The notes under the pieces: generated by a model
Database searches by the model: none
Told to the model about the DNA's origin: nothing
The model's input: the letters and a program-made list of their open reading frames with translations, nothing else
Translations under genes and position numbers: made by a program
Assembly: GCA_964019335.1 (NCBI GenBank)
Contig: OZ025668.1
Coordinates: 372,001 to 436,000 of the forward strand
Length of the DNA stretch: 64,000 nt
From: Diplonema japonicum
Taxonomy: Eukaryota; Protista; Euglenozoa: Diplonemea
Reading direction: 5' to 3'
Part shown: one piece after another, positions 1-11,908 of the stretch
Position numbering within the stretch: position 1 is the first letter of the stretch
How the letters are laid out: every line of letters starts with the position of its first letter

Positions 1-596
1 ACAGGTCTTACAAAAACACCTTTGCTTTTTTTCTTTTTTTGACCTACACGATGAGAGGAAGAAAGCGGAGATTCTTTTTTTTTGTGCCACCAAAGAAGAG
101 AGAAAGGGAAGAAAAATACAGAATAGGAGAGGACACCTGTTATTTATGCGGTTAGTTCCTACAGCACCAAGGAATGAATGGAATGGCTTTTTGGTGATAC
201 TAAAATGTGAAACAAGGGTGAACAAAAAGAAAAAGAAAAAAACCAAAATAGAGCTACAGATCTCCTCAATCTGTGCTTTCTTTTAAAGCTTGACCTTTCA
301 AAAGAAAAGAAAGAAAGAAAAAAAAAGAAAAGGAAGCTTTCCTCTTCTGTTCTTTGCCGCCTAGTTTTTTTTTTTCTTTTTTTTTTTCCTTTTTTTTTTT
401 CTTCCCCCGTATTCCTAAGTTTCTTTTTTTTTGACCTGAAACAGAGCAAAATAAAACGAAAAAAAAAAAGGAAAAAAAAAACGAAGTTTTTATGAAACAA
501 CTTTTAGAGGGAGTAAAAGATTTTTAAAAAAAAGAACTCCGCGTCGTGCGCTGGATGTTTCTTTTTTTTTTTTCTCTCTCTCTTTTTTTTTTTATT

Positions 597-1960
597 GGGG
601 TAAGTCACGTTTTACCCAAAAAAACTTTCCACCCAAAACGTCCAAAATCCACTTAATACGTTTTAGCTGCCCTCAAGTGAGTACTCATGGCCTAGAACCA
701 AAAATACCTTTTTAAAAAAAAACCCCGGGTTTTTCTCAGTCACGCCTGTGCAGGGTACTAGCCTACCTAACCCATGTATACACCCCTTTTTTGACCAAAA
801 AGTCGATTTCCGCCTGGTTTTGGGCACTCATGGGCAATTCTTTTGCATTTTTGAACAGGGACCACGGGGTTTGGCACCTGGGGGTTATTGTGAGGGACCC
901 TAATTTTCTTAACGCAAGAAGCTAGATGGTTCGTGATGAACGGTTCAAAATTTCACGGAACTACTTTGTTCGAAGGCGCTTTGTGGGCCCGGGTGCTTCT
1001 GCGTTGCCGGAAGGGCACGTGGATTCATGTGTTGACAACTTATCCAGTATTTGCTTTCTTTCATGGCCCGCAATGTCAATGTTCCATTCCTGAGCAAGAT
1101 CCCAAAGCTGTTCCGTAGCCCACTGGCGGTATTGTGAGGCTGCTACGCAAGTAAGAGTGCTGGCCCGGCGAGCTACGAGGGCAAAAACCCCATTTTCTTC
1201 TAGAACATGAGAAATATGTTAAAGTGCGACATGATCAGACTGGAACGGCCGCCCCTGGGCATCTTCTGCTCAACCAGGCGGACGTGGGAGGCCCTTCTTC
1301 GGAAGGTGCCAGTCGCTTGATCAGTGCCGTCGAATGCGCGCTATATTTTATAAGTACATATAACAATCGATTGAAAAGGAAAAGTACGTATTGTGAGGCT
1401 GCTTCTGTGTGGCACCGGTGATTCAGACCTCCCGCCATTTTGTTAGGGGGGGGGGCTGTGGCATGCCCCAAGCAGCCGAGGCGGGACGTTGTTTGATGAC
1501 TGCAGCAGAGCGCCGAATCAACGTGGCACTGTGGGTAGGGCAGGCACATGAGCAAGGTCATGCAACTGCTTTAGCTGTATGCGTCTCGCTAGTTCCGAAG
1601 AGAGAAGTAAGCACTTTGAAGGGGTTGGACCCTTTAGACAGTGCAGCACAGAACGTTGTTGCGGGTGTTACAATGGACACTGCACCTGACGAGACTCCAG
1701 CAGCCTCCCAAGCCCTTGCAGCTTCTCAAGCCCCGACAGATTCTCAAGCCTCACAGATGCCCGCCAAAACCAGGCGGTTTGTCTGCAACGTTTGTGGGTT
1801 CTCCACAGCCTGGGAGAAAAACTGTTAAAATTTCCTTTACGAAAAAAAAAAAGGCATGAAAAAAATCTTCGCACGATTCGGCATGTTAAGATTTCCGAAG
1901 TGCTCTAAGCCGCTCCCTGCTTTCCATGTGGCAGGCCCTCCAGCCCAAATAAGTGTATTC
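597..1960. mobile_element. possible degenerate transposable-element remnant
   Basis: Mixed-composition stretch unlike the homopolymer-rich intergenic DNA; only short broken ORFs, one (+1409..1828) ending in a CxxC (CNVCG); abuts the hairpin element at ~1970. Family not identifiable. Confidence 0.25.
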
Positions 1961-1962
1961 CA

Positions 1963-2546
1963 AATAATTCTTTTTATTTCACTCTTCGTCATTTTCTTCA
2001 CTCACTAGGGGCCTCATTATTTAACGCGAAATGGCCATTATTTAACGCGAAACGGCCATTATTTAACGCGAAATCGCCATTATTTAACTAGTTAAATAAT
2101 GAGATTTTGCAGTTAAATAATGGCCCTTCAGAGTGAAAAAATGGGTCTTGTCGTGGAAAAAAATGCACCCAACCCCTTGAAAAATTTTTTTGGGGTGGGG
2201 GTATTTTGACTATTTTTGGCCATCTGAGGCCATTCCAGCCCTTAAAAGTGGGAATAAGTGCCTTACTTCCCCTTTAAATGCCACGGCGAAATAGCTACCC
2301 TGTATTACCTTAGGAAAATCCCCAAAAAGCTGACCTGCGTGAAAAAAAACAGCAGTGAAAGCAGTGAAGAGTGAGTGACTCAAATGACGAAGAGTGAAAT
2401 AAAACGACTTACTTGCCGCCAAATGAGCCATTATTTAACACTCGTTACCCGTTTTTTTGCACTCGGGCCCTGCGGGCCCTCGTGCAAAAAATTCGGGAAC
2501 TCGAGTTAAATAATGACTCATTATTTGTTGGCAATAAATAGTTATT
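1963..2546. mobile_element. non-autonomous Crypton-like element (terminal/subterminal inverted repeat plus long terminal hairpin)
   Basis: Perfect 23-bp inverted repeat TTTTATTTCACTCTTCGTCATTT (1972-1994 / 2382-2404); ~120-bp imperfect hairpin 2413-2534 centred on GGGCCC-TGC-GGGCCC; internal tandem CATTATTTAACGCGAAA repeats (~2016-2088); related copies at 23392 and 53183. Confidence 0.6.
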
Positions 2547-2683
2547 TTTTGGAGCCCAAACACCCCCCCTCCACTGCCCAAATAAAGGGATTATTCGGAC
2601 CCCCCCTTTAGTACTTTTTTTTTTTTGGATATTTTGTGAATTACCCCTCTCCCTCCTTTTTCTTTTTTTTTCTCCTTCCCTCC

Positions 2684-3904
2684 CTATGCCTCTGGTGACG
2701 CGGCTCTTTCCTCGTCTTCCTCTGACAAGGCTTCAGAGCAAACCTCAGGGACTGCGTTCACATTAGGGAGATCTTTGGGTTTCCTGACCAACCCTGTCCC
2801 GCCCCTAACTGAACCGAATCGTGAAAGACCTCTTAAAGACGTAGCAGCAGAGATCAAAGACATGTGAGAAGTGAGGTAAGCAAGCCTTTCACCAGAGATC
2901 ACAGGCGCGGAGATGGGTGTGGCTTGACCATGCGTTTCTTCGTCCGGCTGGTTTGTGAGCCAAGGGTGGTGGGTTAGCGTGGATGATTTGGGCCGATTCG
3001 TGAAGTCCTTTTGCAGACAGCACTGCAAGAAATCCCTGCATTCAGGAGACAGAGACGCGGGTAGCTGTAACGGGGCGAATATTATGGCATCGCACATTTT
3101 CAATTGCGGCATCGCAAGACCTTTGACAAAAGGGTGTCTTCCCGTGAGCAGCACATACGCCACTACGCCAACCGACCATATATCACACCTTTCATCAAAG
3201 GGAAGCATGTTCACTGAAGACCCCATTTTGAAAACGCTAATAATCTCCGGCGCGGCGAAAAACGGTGTTCCAGCAATGGTTTTGATGTCCTTTTTGTTCG
3301 GTGTGAAGGTTGTAAGGGACCCGAAATCGATAAGCTTGATGTCCGATACTTTTATAAGAGAGTCTGTTTTGCACCGTTTCTGCAATAGGATGTTCTGGGG
3401 TTTGATGTCGAGATGCGCTAGGTTCTGCTTGTGGAGGTGGTTGACGGCCTTCACCAAGCCCTTTATTATGATGCCCACTGTTTCTTCAGAGTAGTAAGTA
3501 CGGCCGCCCAATGTGTAGGACACCTCGCCGCCTGAGAAGTACTCGTAGATTAAAACAGCGGCGTCGTCGGAATCGTAGATTTTAGTGAGCCGCATGACGT
3601 TGGTGTGCGGGTCTATGCTTGCTCCTTTCTTCTCAGATAGGATCTGCATTCGCTTCACACAGCTGTCCTTTGCTAGTACTTTTGCCGCGTACTCGGCGCT
3701 CGGGTCGCCTCTCTTCCTGCACCTCACCACGATGCCGAACTCACCTTCGCCAACTTCTTCAAAAACCTCGTAGTCCCTCACAAAATCGTGCAGCGCCAGC
3801 TTTTCTAGATAATCCGCTACACCGCTGTCACTGCTCACCCTGCTGGGCACCTTTGTATCCCGCCGATGGACTGGCTTCGCAGCCGCACTTTCGCAACAAC
3901 CCAT
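2684..3904 (-). CDS. CAMK-group Ser/Thr protein kinase with N-terminal MGCC acylation motif
   Basis: GEGEFG loop, AAK, HLDIKPQN, DFG, APE, DIWSVG; start placed at MGCCES after an A-rich leader, since the upstream ORF extension is homopolymer. Confidence 0.92.
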   Translation of the reverse strand: MGCCESAAAKPVHRRDTKVPSRVSSDSGVADYLEKLALHDFVRDYEVFEEVGEGEFGIVVRCRKRGDPSAEYAAKVLAKDSCVKRMQILSEKKGASIDPHTNVMRLTKIYDSDDAAVLIYEYFSGGEVSYTLGGRTYYSEETVGIIIKGLVKAVNHLHKQNLAHLDIKPQNILLQKRCKTDSLIKVSDIKLIDFGSLTTFTPNKKDIKTIAGTPFFAAPEIISVFKMGSSVNMLPFDERCDIWSVGVVAYVLLTGRHPFVKGLAMPQLKMCDAIIFAPLQLPASLSPECRDFLQCCLQKDFTNRPKSSTLTHHPWLTNQPDEETHGQATPISAPVISGERLAYLTSHMSLISAATSLRGLSRFGSVRGGTGLVRKPKDLPNVNAVPEVCSEALSEEDEERAASPEA

Positions 3905-4367
3905 TTGTGTATTTTTTTTTTTTTTTTTGTTTCCGGGTTTTTTATTTAAAACCCCTAATTGAAAAACGATGATTTTTTTGTGGGAGAAAAGAAAAAAAAG
4001 TGTGTGGGGGTACAAGGAATCGCAGTAGTGTAGTTGGGGTTAGAGTGGGTGAAAAATGTACAACATGAAGGGTAAAGAGGAAAAGATGACTGGAAAAGAA
4101 AAAGGGGGGGAAACCTTAAAACACACTACTATGGGAGAGAAGTGTTGTTCACAACAGCCCCACCAAAAAAAAAGGCGATGTTTGGGCAAATCCCATTTGA
4201 GGACCACCCTTAAAAAAAAAAAAAAGAAAACTCACATTCTATCGAAGAGGCCCCGTCCGACCGTCCGGGTGGTCTCGTTCCTGCTCCAGCTGCTTGCGTC
4301 GTTGTTCCCATCTGTTTTTTTTTTGCTCTTTTTTTTTTTCTTTTTTCTTTTTTATTATTCCCCTCTA

Positions 4368-7300
4368 TTATTTCCCTCTTTTATACCTTGAACGAGCACT
4401 TGCCGGCTCTGGCTCAGTGTGCTCTGCCTGGGGCAAGGCACGAGGTGTCAGTGAGAACGAAGACTGTGGTGTGTTTGCAAATTGAGCCCCGTCCCCGTCC
4501 CACACCAGCACGCTTGGGAAGTCTTCATGGTCGTCCTCATAGTGCGCATAAGAGGTACGGGCACTCATGTCATTGGCATAGTCTGGGTCCACTGGGAAGG
4601 TCTGCTCCAGATGGTCAAACGACTGCCGTTGCGGGGGTGGTGTGTGGAGGACTGGGATCGCGAGTGGCGACACTCCAGAGTTAGCGACGGAAGCAGTGAA
4701 TGAAGGGCTTAGCGAGGGGGCAGACACGGGGGACGTGTTCCCTGACTGCGGGTCCTCAACGCGTTTGGGCGATGCGCTGTTGAGGGACACCATCACGTCT
4801 GTGTTCAGCAGCAGCTCTTCTCTCTCCTTAGATGCCTGCACGCACCGTGCCCCGATGACGTGCACCCGCCCGTGCGACCGCGACCGGATCACCTCGACCT
4901 CCCTGCTCACGCTCCTCGACTCAGATCTTTGGTTGTTCGCCAGTCCGTTGATGTGTCGCCTGCATGTCAGTGCGTACTCTTGCAGTTTGCGCGTCATTTC
5001 TTGTACCAGCTCGTCTGTGTGTGGCTTCAGTGCCTCCATCTCCTCTGCATCGACTGCCTCCATTTTCTGTATCCTCCGTGCCAACGAGTGGTATTCCTCG
5101 TGCGTCCGCCGAAGCTCCTCTTCAAGATCCTTCTGCAGCCTTCCTGCCGCGCGTAGGTTCCTTGCAAGCTCCTGACACCGTGCTCTCCACTCGTGCTTCG
5201 CCTCCCACTGTTTCCTTTCCTGATCGTCCAATCTTGTGACCCTTTCAGTTGTCCTTAGTATCTCGTCCTGTAGTCTGCAGTTCTGCTCCCGAAGCGTGCT
5301 CACCTCCAAACCCAGTTTTCTGTGGTCCCGTCTCATTTCCTCCTTCTCTGCGACAAGCGTCTTTCGCTCTTCTAGCCTTGTTTCTATTTCTTTGCTCAGT
5401 TTCTCTTTGTGCATCTCTGCCACGGACTCGCCTCGTGTTCGCATCTTTTCAATTTCGTTCTGTAAGTCTTGTGAAACCTGCTGGCGGTATTTCTTCTCCT
5501 GCTTGATGGTGGTCCACAGACGCTCACGTTCCTCCTCGAATGCGTTTAAAAGCTGTTTAGACTCCTGTTGTAACCCTGTCGTCTCGATTCTGCTGATGCT
5601 GCAGTTAGCCTCTGCCTCCCGCTTCTCTTCGATGACAGTAGAGAGCTGCCTCTCCAGCCTGGCAACGGTCTCCTTCAAATCTGCGATTTGGTGTGTTTGA
5701 TCATCGATGGTCTGCGTGCAGCTTGTACGCTGCTGGATGAACTCGACCTCCCTGTTCTTCATTTCCAGCCGAAGGGAGCTGATCTCATCAGCAGCAGCAC
5801 GTGAAGCCTCTTGTCTGGCATCAGTCGCAATGGTGATCTGGTGGTTCTCCATATCTTGCATCTTGTTCACAAGCTCGGAGATCTGCCGCTCGTATGTTTC
5901 GTTCGTCTTTGCTGCTGTGACAGTGAGGTGCGCCAGCTCGTTGATGTACTCGCCGATTTCTGCTTCCAGACGCTCTTTCTCGATCTTCTCCGTCTCCTTT
6001 TCCAGCTCCTTTTTCATCAGAACGGTTTCCAGCCCAGAAAGCCTGTCGATCTCCTCCTTGATAGCCTTCTGGGTCTCCCTTGCTCGCTTCTCTTCTGCCG
6101 CCAACTGCGACCATCGCTCTTTGATCTGCGTGCGCTCTGCATCGGTCATCGCGGTGTGCTGTGCTATTTTCGATGAGAGAGCACGCTGCTGTCGCCTGAG
6201 GTCTGCTGCGTCCTGCTCGTACTTTGCTTGTTTGTTGAGAAGCTCGATGTGTTTCTGCTCCAATTTATGTTTCTCGAGCACTGCCTGATGTTCCTCATTG
6301 ACGATGCGAAGTCGGGTTTTGTTCTCGCAAAAGGCGCCCTCGTTGAACTGTGCATGGTTCCGCAAGTGTTTTGCGCGGTCGGCGAATCTCAGAACATTCA
6401 TTGTCTGAAGGGAGTCGGTCAGCGTGGGAGATATCGTGACGAGGATGGTGGCCTTGGAGTTCCCGCCGATGGACTCTTTCAGGAGCTTTGTAAGCGCCGA
6501 GCCTCTGAACGAGATGGGCTTTTTTTGCGGGTCGTCGAAGTTTTCGTTGTCGACAACCTTCTGGACCACACGGCCCAGCTCCATGAGGGAGAGGTTGATG
6601 TTGGACGCTTGTTGGAGGAGTTCACCTTTTACTTCACTTTGCTTTACGTTTTCAGAGCCAGCGAGATCGACAATGGTGATCTTAGCAGAGGTGGCACCGG
6701 AAGTGGTATCGGAGAGGAGCTTGCGGACATAGATCTCAATAATAGTGTGTGCGCGGCTTGAAGAGTTGTTGAGGGCGGTCGATGCTACCATCTTGTGGCT
6801 GTTCCCGTCCTTGAGGGCTTGGACGACGTCGGTGGTCGTTGTTACACGCCGACGGGTTAGCTTCTCAGCGAAGAAGCCCAGTTCATTACTCCCTCTTATG
6901 TCAAGCTGCACACGGCCTTTAAGAAGATCAAACGTCCTTTCTAAATATATCTCCATCATTGCGATCTCAACTACATATTCTGCATCAGACGATGCCACCC
7001 GTTTGAGGATATCGTCAAAAACACGGGGGACAAGGCCTGCTGAGGGTTGCATGCCTGATTGGGTGAAGAGGGACAGTGGTTCGAGCTCTGAGGGTCCGAA
7101 TACGGAGTAGGTCTTCCCTGAACCTGTTTGGCCGTATGCTATGAGGGAGGAGTTGAATCCCTTCCACGCGTTATCGATGAGGTTCTCGCCTAGCTTTTGG
7201 TAGGTTTCTTCTTGTTCGCTGCTCGAGTTCAGACAGTGGTCGATCGTGATCGTTTTCGACTTGACCTGCCCGTCGTTTCTGACGGCTTTTACGTTGCAGC

Positions 7301-7451
7301 TGTTATCCTTCATCGCAACAACCCCTGCAGACTTCGCCTCCTCTCGCTTCAACATTGGCCTCACCCTCACTGCCACTACAACTGAGTCCGACGGTCGTTT
7401 ACTTCTCTTTTTTCTTGGAGGCGATTTCCCTTCCTTGCCATCCTTTTGTGA

Positions 7452-7454
<3 letters not shown>
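4368..7454 (-). CDS. kinesin with N-terminal motor domain and long coiled-coil tail
   Basis: VAVRVRP, GQTGSGKT P-loop, NSSSRAH, DLAGSE, INLSL, LTKLLKESIGGNSK; E/K/Q-rich coiled coil. Confidence 0.95.
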
Positions 7455-7485
<31 letters not shown>

Positions 7486-10177
7486 CAAACTCGCTTCTTA
7501 CATATGGCTGTCCCCCCTTTTTTTTTGTGGGAAATAAAAAAAGTGGCAGGGGATAAAAAAAAATATTTATAAAAAACCTATGTAAAGGGTGTAGAAAGGG
7601 GATTTTTCTTTTTTTTTTTTTTTTTCTTCTCCTTCTTTTTGAAATTCTCTGAAGAATTTCTCACTCAAGAGACTGTCGCGCCAGCGGAGTCTGTGGGAGA
7701 GAGAAAAAGAGGGAGAGGGAGAGTAAGAGAGGAATAGTGTAAGGGGATGGAAAAGAATTTTTTTTCTTCTTCTTCTTTAGTTCATTCTCTGTTTCTATTC
7801 AGCCACCTTCCTTTCCCGGCCGATGGAGGCTAAACTCCGGTGCCCCACCCCCCGGCACTTGCTGAACCGGATCAGAATGGTAACTTATTTATTATTTATT
7901 TCGCACTTGTTTTTTTTTTTTTTCTTTTTTTTTTTCTTTGTCTTTTATCAAGAAATGACAAAAGATTGAGAAGCTATCCTTAATTCCATTTTTGTTCTTT
8001 TTCTCCAAGATATATCCCCCATCTGTCTTCTTTCTTTTCTTTTTTCTCCCTAAATCCGACGGCAGAAAGAGATAAAAGAAAAGTAAGAGCGGGAAAAAAA
8101 AGAAGAAAAAAAAAATGGAAGAAGCTCGGAGAGGGTTTAGAAAAAAAAGAATGGAGAAAGGGACGGGAAAAAGGATATAGAATGGGCAATGGGGGATCAA
8201 GAAGAGGGAAAGGGGGGGAAAAAAAAGAAAAGATTCTGTGACTCGAGGGGTTTTTTGTGTCATTAACTTTTTTTTCCCAGAAGGGGTGGGGGGGGGTTTT
8301 TTTTTTCTTTTAAAAAAAAAGGCCATTTATGCATACCAAATATGGCATATTAATCTTTTTTTATTCTTCTTTTTTTCTTTTTCTTCTCTTTCTCTTTCTT
8401 TTTGCTGCTTCGATTTGGTATTTCAGTCCGAAAACTGAGGGATCTGAGCAACAAAGATGAACCACGAAAACGACGTGACAGGAATTAAATAGAATGAACA
8501 AGAATAAAAAAAAAAAGAAAAAGAAGAAAGTGCCCTTTCACTGGGTGAAGAAGCTATTCTACCTCCCCCTGTAAAAAAAAAAACGCATATTTTTCCCAAA
8601 ATTCTCGTAGTTGTGTAGAGATGCGGGGCGTAATAAATTTACTACTGGGGCTGCCTCGATACCTCCAGTAAAAATATTCCCTCCTTCTATTTCTTCTTCT
8701 TTTTTATACTTTATTTCCTTAGTTAAAAAGTGTTACGTATTTTCTCCTGTCACTATTTATATCAGTCGCAAGAAAAAAAGGGAAAAAAAAAAAAAAGTGG
8801 GGAAGGGAAAAGGGGAAACAAGACAAAAACTGTAAACAAACAAGAAATGTACGATTCTTTAAGGGACAAAAAAAAAAAAAGGAATCCGTTTTCTTTTTTC
8901 TTTGCATATTCCTTTTTTTTTTTTTCCTTTCAAACACCCAAATATTGCGACATGATTTTCTTTTTTCCCCCCTTCTAAAAAAAAAGTATTTTTCGTTTCG
9001 ATTGTCAAAGAAATAAATCTCCCCATGGGTGTTCAAGAAGAAAAAAAAAAGGGAAAAAAAAGAACAAGAAGAAAAAGAAGAAAAAGGGAAAACGGTCCCA
9101 TGTTCATTGTTGCTGTAGCCACAAAGGTGCAGCACCGAGGGAGGAAGAGGGGCAGACTAGGGAGTGAATAAATAAAAGCAAGCCATGTTCCCAGTAAGCG
9201 CCACCGAAGGCAGGTCTCCTGCAACCCTTCTCGGGACGTGAGAGTTACTGAAGTTACTTGGAAAAAAGAAGTTTTAAAAAAAAACGCTTATATTTACCCA
9301 AAATAAAAGGACTAGCTTCTATGCTTTTTCATACCTAACTCTCAATTTAAAAAGAGAAGAAAAAAAATAATAAAAGAGAAAAAAAAGGGGGGGGTTTTTT
9401 TTTTGGTTGCAAGCAAACCCCAGTTCGCGGAAAGTGGCAAAGGGAGGACTTTTTTTCTTTTTTGTTTTGTTCATATTGCTCATCAACAGCACTACCACTA
9501 CTGGCAGGCCGAATCGGGTAAAGAAAAAAGTAAGAAAAAAAGGGGGGGGGGATCCGGACAAATAAAAGAGAAGGAAAAGGGAAAAGAAAAGGGCCTCCCG
9601 CCCCTTTTTTTTCTTCCCTCGTGAAGTGTGCTTGTAGCCACTGTCGAGGAGGGGGAAATGAGAAGAACAGTAGAGGGAGAAAAAAAAAATAAGAAAATCA
9701 CTGTAGTGGGGAACTGTTTGCAAACAACCTTTAGCTTAACTCTTTCTCTGACCTAACTGTTGCAGCACCTTGTCCAAACGATTCTAAAGTACTGTCATGC
9801 ACACGTACTAATATAGTTTTAAAATAAAAAACTATTTTCAGCACTTGTTCGCTTCCCCCCCTCAAAAAAAAAAGTGTCCAAAACTTCGTTGCCAATGAAA
9901 AATAAGCCTATGCCACCAGGGAAGTTGGATATCCCAGCACACCTATAAGCATAATCGGCAAGCGACCAAGGCTGGAGCAACATGATTTTAGAAAAGGGGG
10001 GGGGGGGGGGGGGGGGAAGGAGTAGAGCTCTTTACATCTGCAACACAATTTCGCGGGAAGTTTTGAAACATTGACTGGCGAAAAAAAAATGTCGCCCAGT
10101 ATTCTCAACTCAACCACCTATCGATAGCAGTGGGCGGGGCGGGGGGGTAAGAGTCAATAGCCAACGACAGGTTAAAC

Positions 10178-10212
<35 letters not shown>

Positions 10213-11135
10213 AGAAGAAGAAAACTGCATTTTCAGGCTGTTATTCCGGTCTTTTTAATTTTTTTTTTTTCCTTTTTTTTTTTTTTGCTTAAGGGAAAGG
10301 TGGGTTTTAACAGGATAAAAAGAAATAATAAAAAAATAATAAAAAAAAAAAGAGGAGACTTGCCCACGGTAGTGAGAAGTACAGGAGAAGGGAAGAGGGA
10401 AGCTGCAGCATTTCTTCTTCCTCAAAAAAAAAGGGGGGGATGAGGGAGACTAGGCACACCGTACTTCAGACACAACAACGTGACTGATGGCAAAGTAGAA
10501 ACCCCTCCCTCCCTCTTTCTTTTAACGTAGAATACCTGGCTAAATAATAAAAAAAGAAGAAAAAAAAAGTTAATATTGACTCAACGAAGAGAGACAGGAA
10601 AAGGGGGGGTAGGGAAGAGAAGAGAAGGGGAATGTAAAAACTCTGGAAATAAAAAAAAAAATTAAGAAGACGATTACCCTTTCCCACACATCCCCCTTCT
10701 CCACAACCTTCGTCATGGTCGCCTTTGCTCACAAAGTGGCATGCATACTTTTTCTTTTCCCTTTTTTTTTCCCTTTCCAATTTCGAGAAACTCATTGTAT
10801 GCACACCTTCTACTGGTTTCTTTTCTTATTTATAATAAAATAAACTCTCGGCTTCCCCCCCCCCCCCCCCCCCCCAGTGATCTTAAGATGAAAAGAGAGA
10901 ATGAAAAGAGGGAGAGAATAATAGAAATAGAAAAAAAAACAAAAAGGGGCTTTTTCTTTTGAGATTCGTTTTTTTTTTGTTTGTTTTATTTTTTTGTCCC
11001 CCTTTTTTCCTTTTATTTTCTTTTTTCTTTTTTTTTAAAAAAAAGTTTTTCTTTTTCCCCCCCCCCCCTCCCCGTTCCTCTCAGAAGAGGAGAGAATCGG
11101 TGCGCGGAAATCAAAAAAAAAAAGTTTGTGTCAAA

Positions 11136-11642
11136 TCACAAGTAAGGTGTCGTTGGGGTGGATGACTCACTTCCAGATGCGTCACTTTCTACTACATAGG
11201 AGGGGATAGAAAGATCCCAGTCTAGGAGGAGAAGGAAGGCTGCCTCTATTTGGTTCACCTCAGCTAGGGAAATGCCAGCGAGGTTGGCATAGTGCTGAAG
11301 AGAGACTCTAGTGTCGTCTACGTATTTAGCAGCCACCATCAGCGCTGCAAGGACAATGCGGTGCACGTTGAGTGGGGTCACGGGAAGCACCTCTTTCACT
11401 CTTTCCAGGTACACTTCCATTGCAACAAATACCCCCGGGCTGCACTTTGCATACTTGCATATTCTCACAAGAAAATCGTTCACACTCATCTCTGGAGCCC
11501 ACAGAGCATCGAAGACAGTAACCTCCCCACCTTCCCCGCACCATTCCTCCACCTTCTCAACCAACCCTGGCAGGCTTGGGTGAAAGGACTCGTTGTCTGC
11601 GACTTCGTTGAAGCTTCTCCTGCTTACTGCTTGAATTTTCAT
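11136..11642 (-). CDS. P/U-type (PHO80/CYC2-like) cyclin
   Basis: P.MSV.DFL.RI.KY..CS, YLER, NVHRIVLAALMVAAKYVDD, HYANLAGISLAEVNQIEAAFL...DW.L. Confidence 0.9.
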   Translation of the reverse strand: MKIQAVSRRSFNEVADNESFHPSLPGLVEKVEEWCGEGGEVTVFDALWAPEMSVNDFLVRICKYAKCSPGVFVAMEVYLERVKEVLPVTPLNVHRIVLAALMVAAKYVDDTRVSLQHYANLAGISLAEVNQIEAAFLLLLDWDLSIPSYVVESDASGSESSTPTTPYL

Positions 11643-11908
11643 TTTTTTTTCTTTTTTTTTTGTGTGTGTATTTTATCTGTACGATTTCTTTTTCTTTTTT
11701 TTTTTTGTCATGATGAAGGGAACAATGTCACTATGATATGGGAGAAAAAAAAAGAAATTATGTTGTAAAACATAGTCCCCCCCCCCCCCCCCCCCCCTAG
11801 TTTGCTAATGTGTATCTTTCTTTTTTTTTTTTCCTCCTTCTTTCTCTCTTTTTCTTTCTTTTTTTTGTTTGCCAGCTGCTTGAAGCGGCAACGCCAGGAC
11901 CCTCCCCT

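Noticed and set aside
2016-2090. 22-bp tandem repeats as a CRISPR array
   Set aside because: No unique spacers, no cas genes, eukaryotic context; internal repeats of the hairpin element.
11797-11908. Poly-basic C-terminal tail of the Ca2+ channel in the ORF track
   Set aside because: Probably read-through of the 35-nt intron at 12033-12067 into A-rich 3' UTR.
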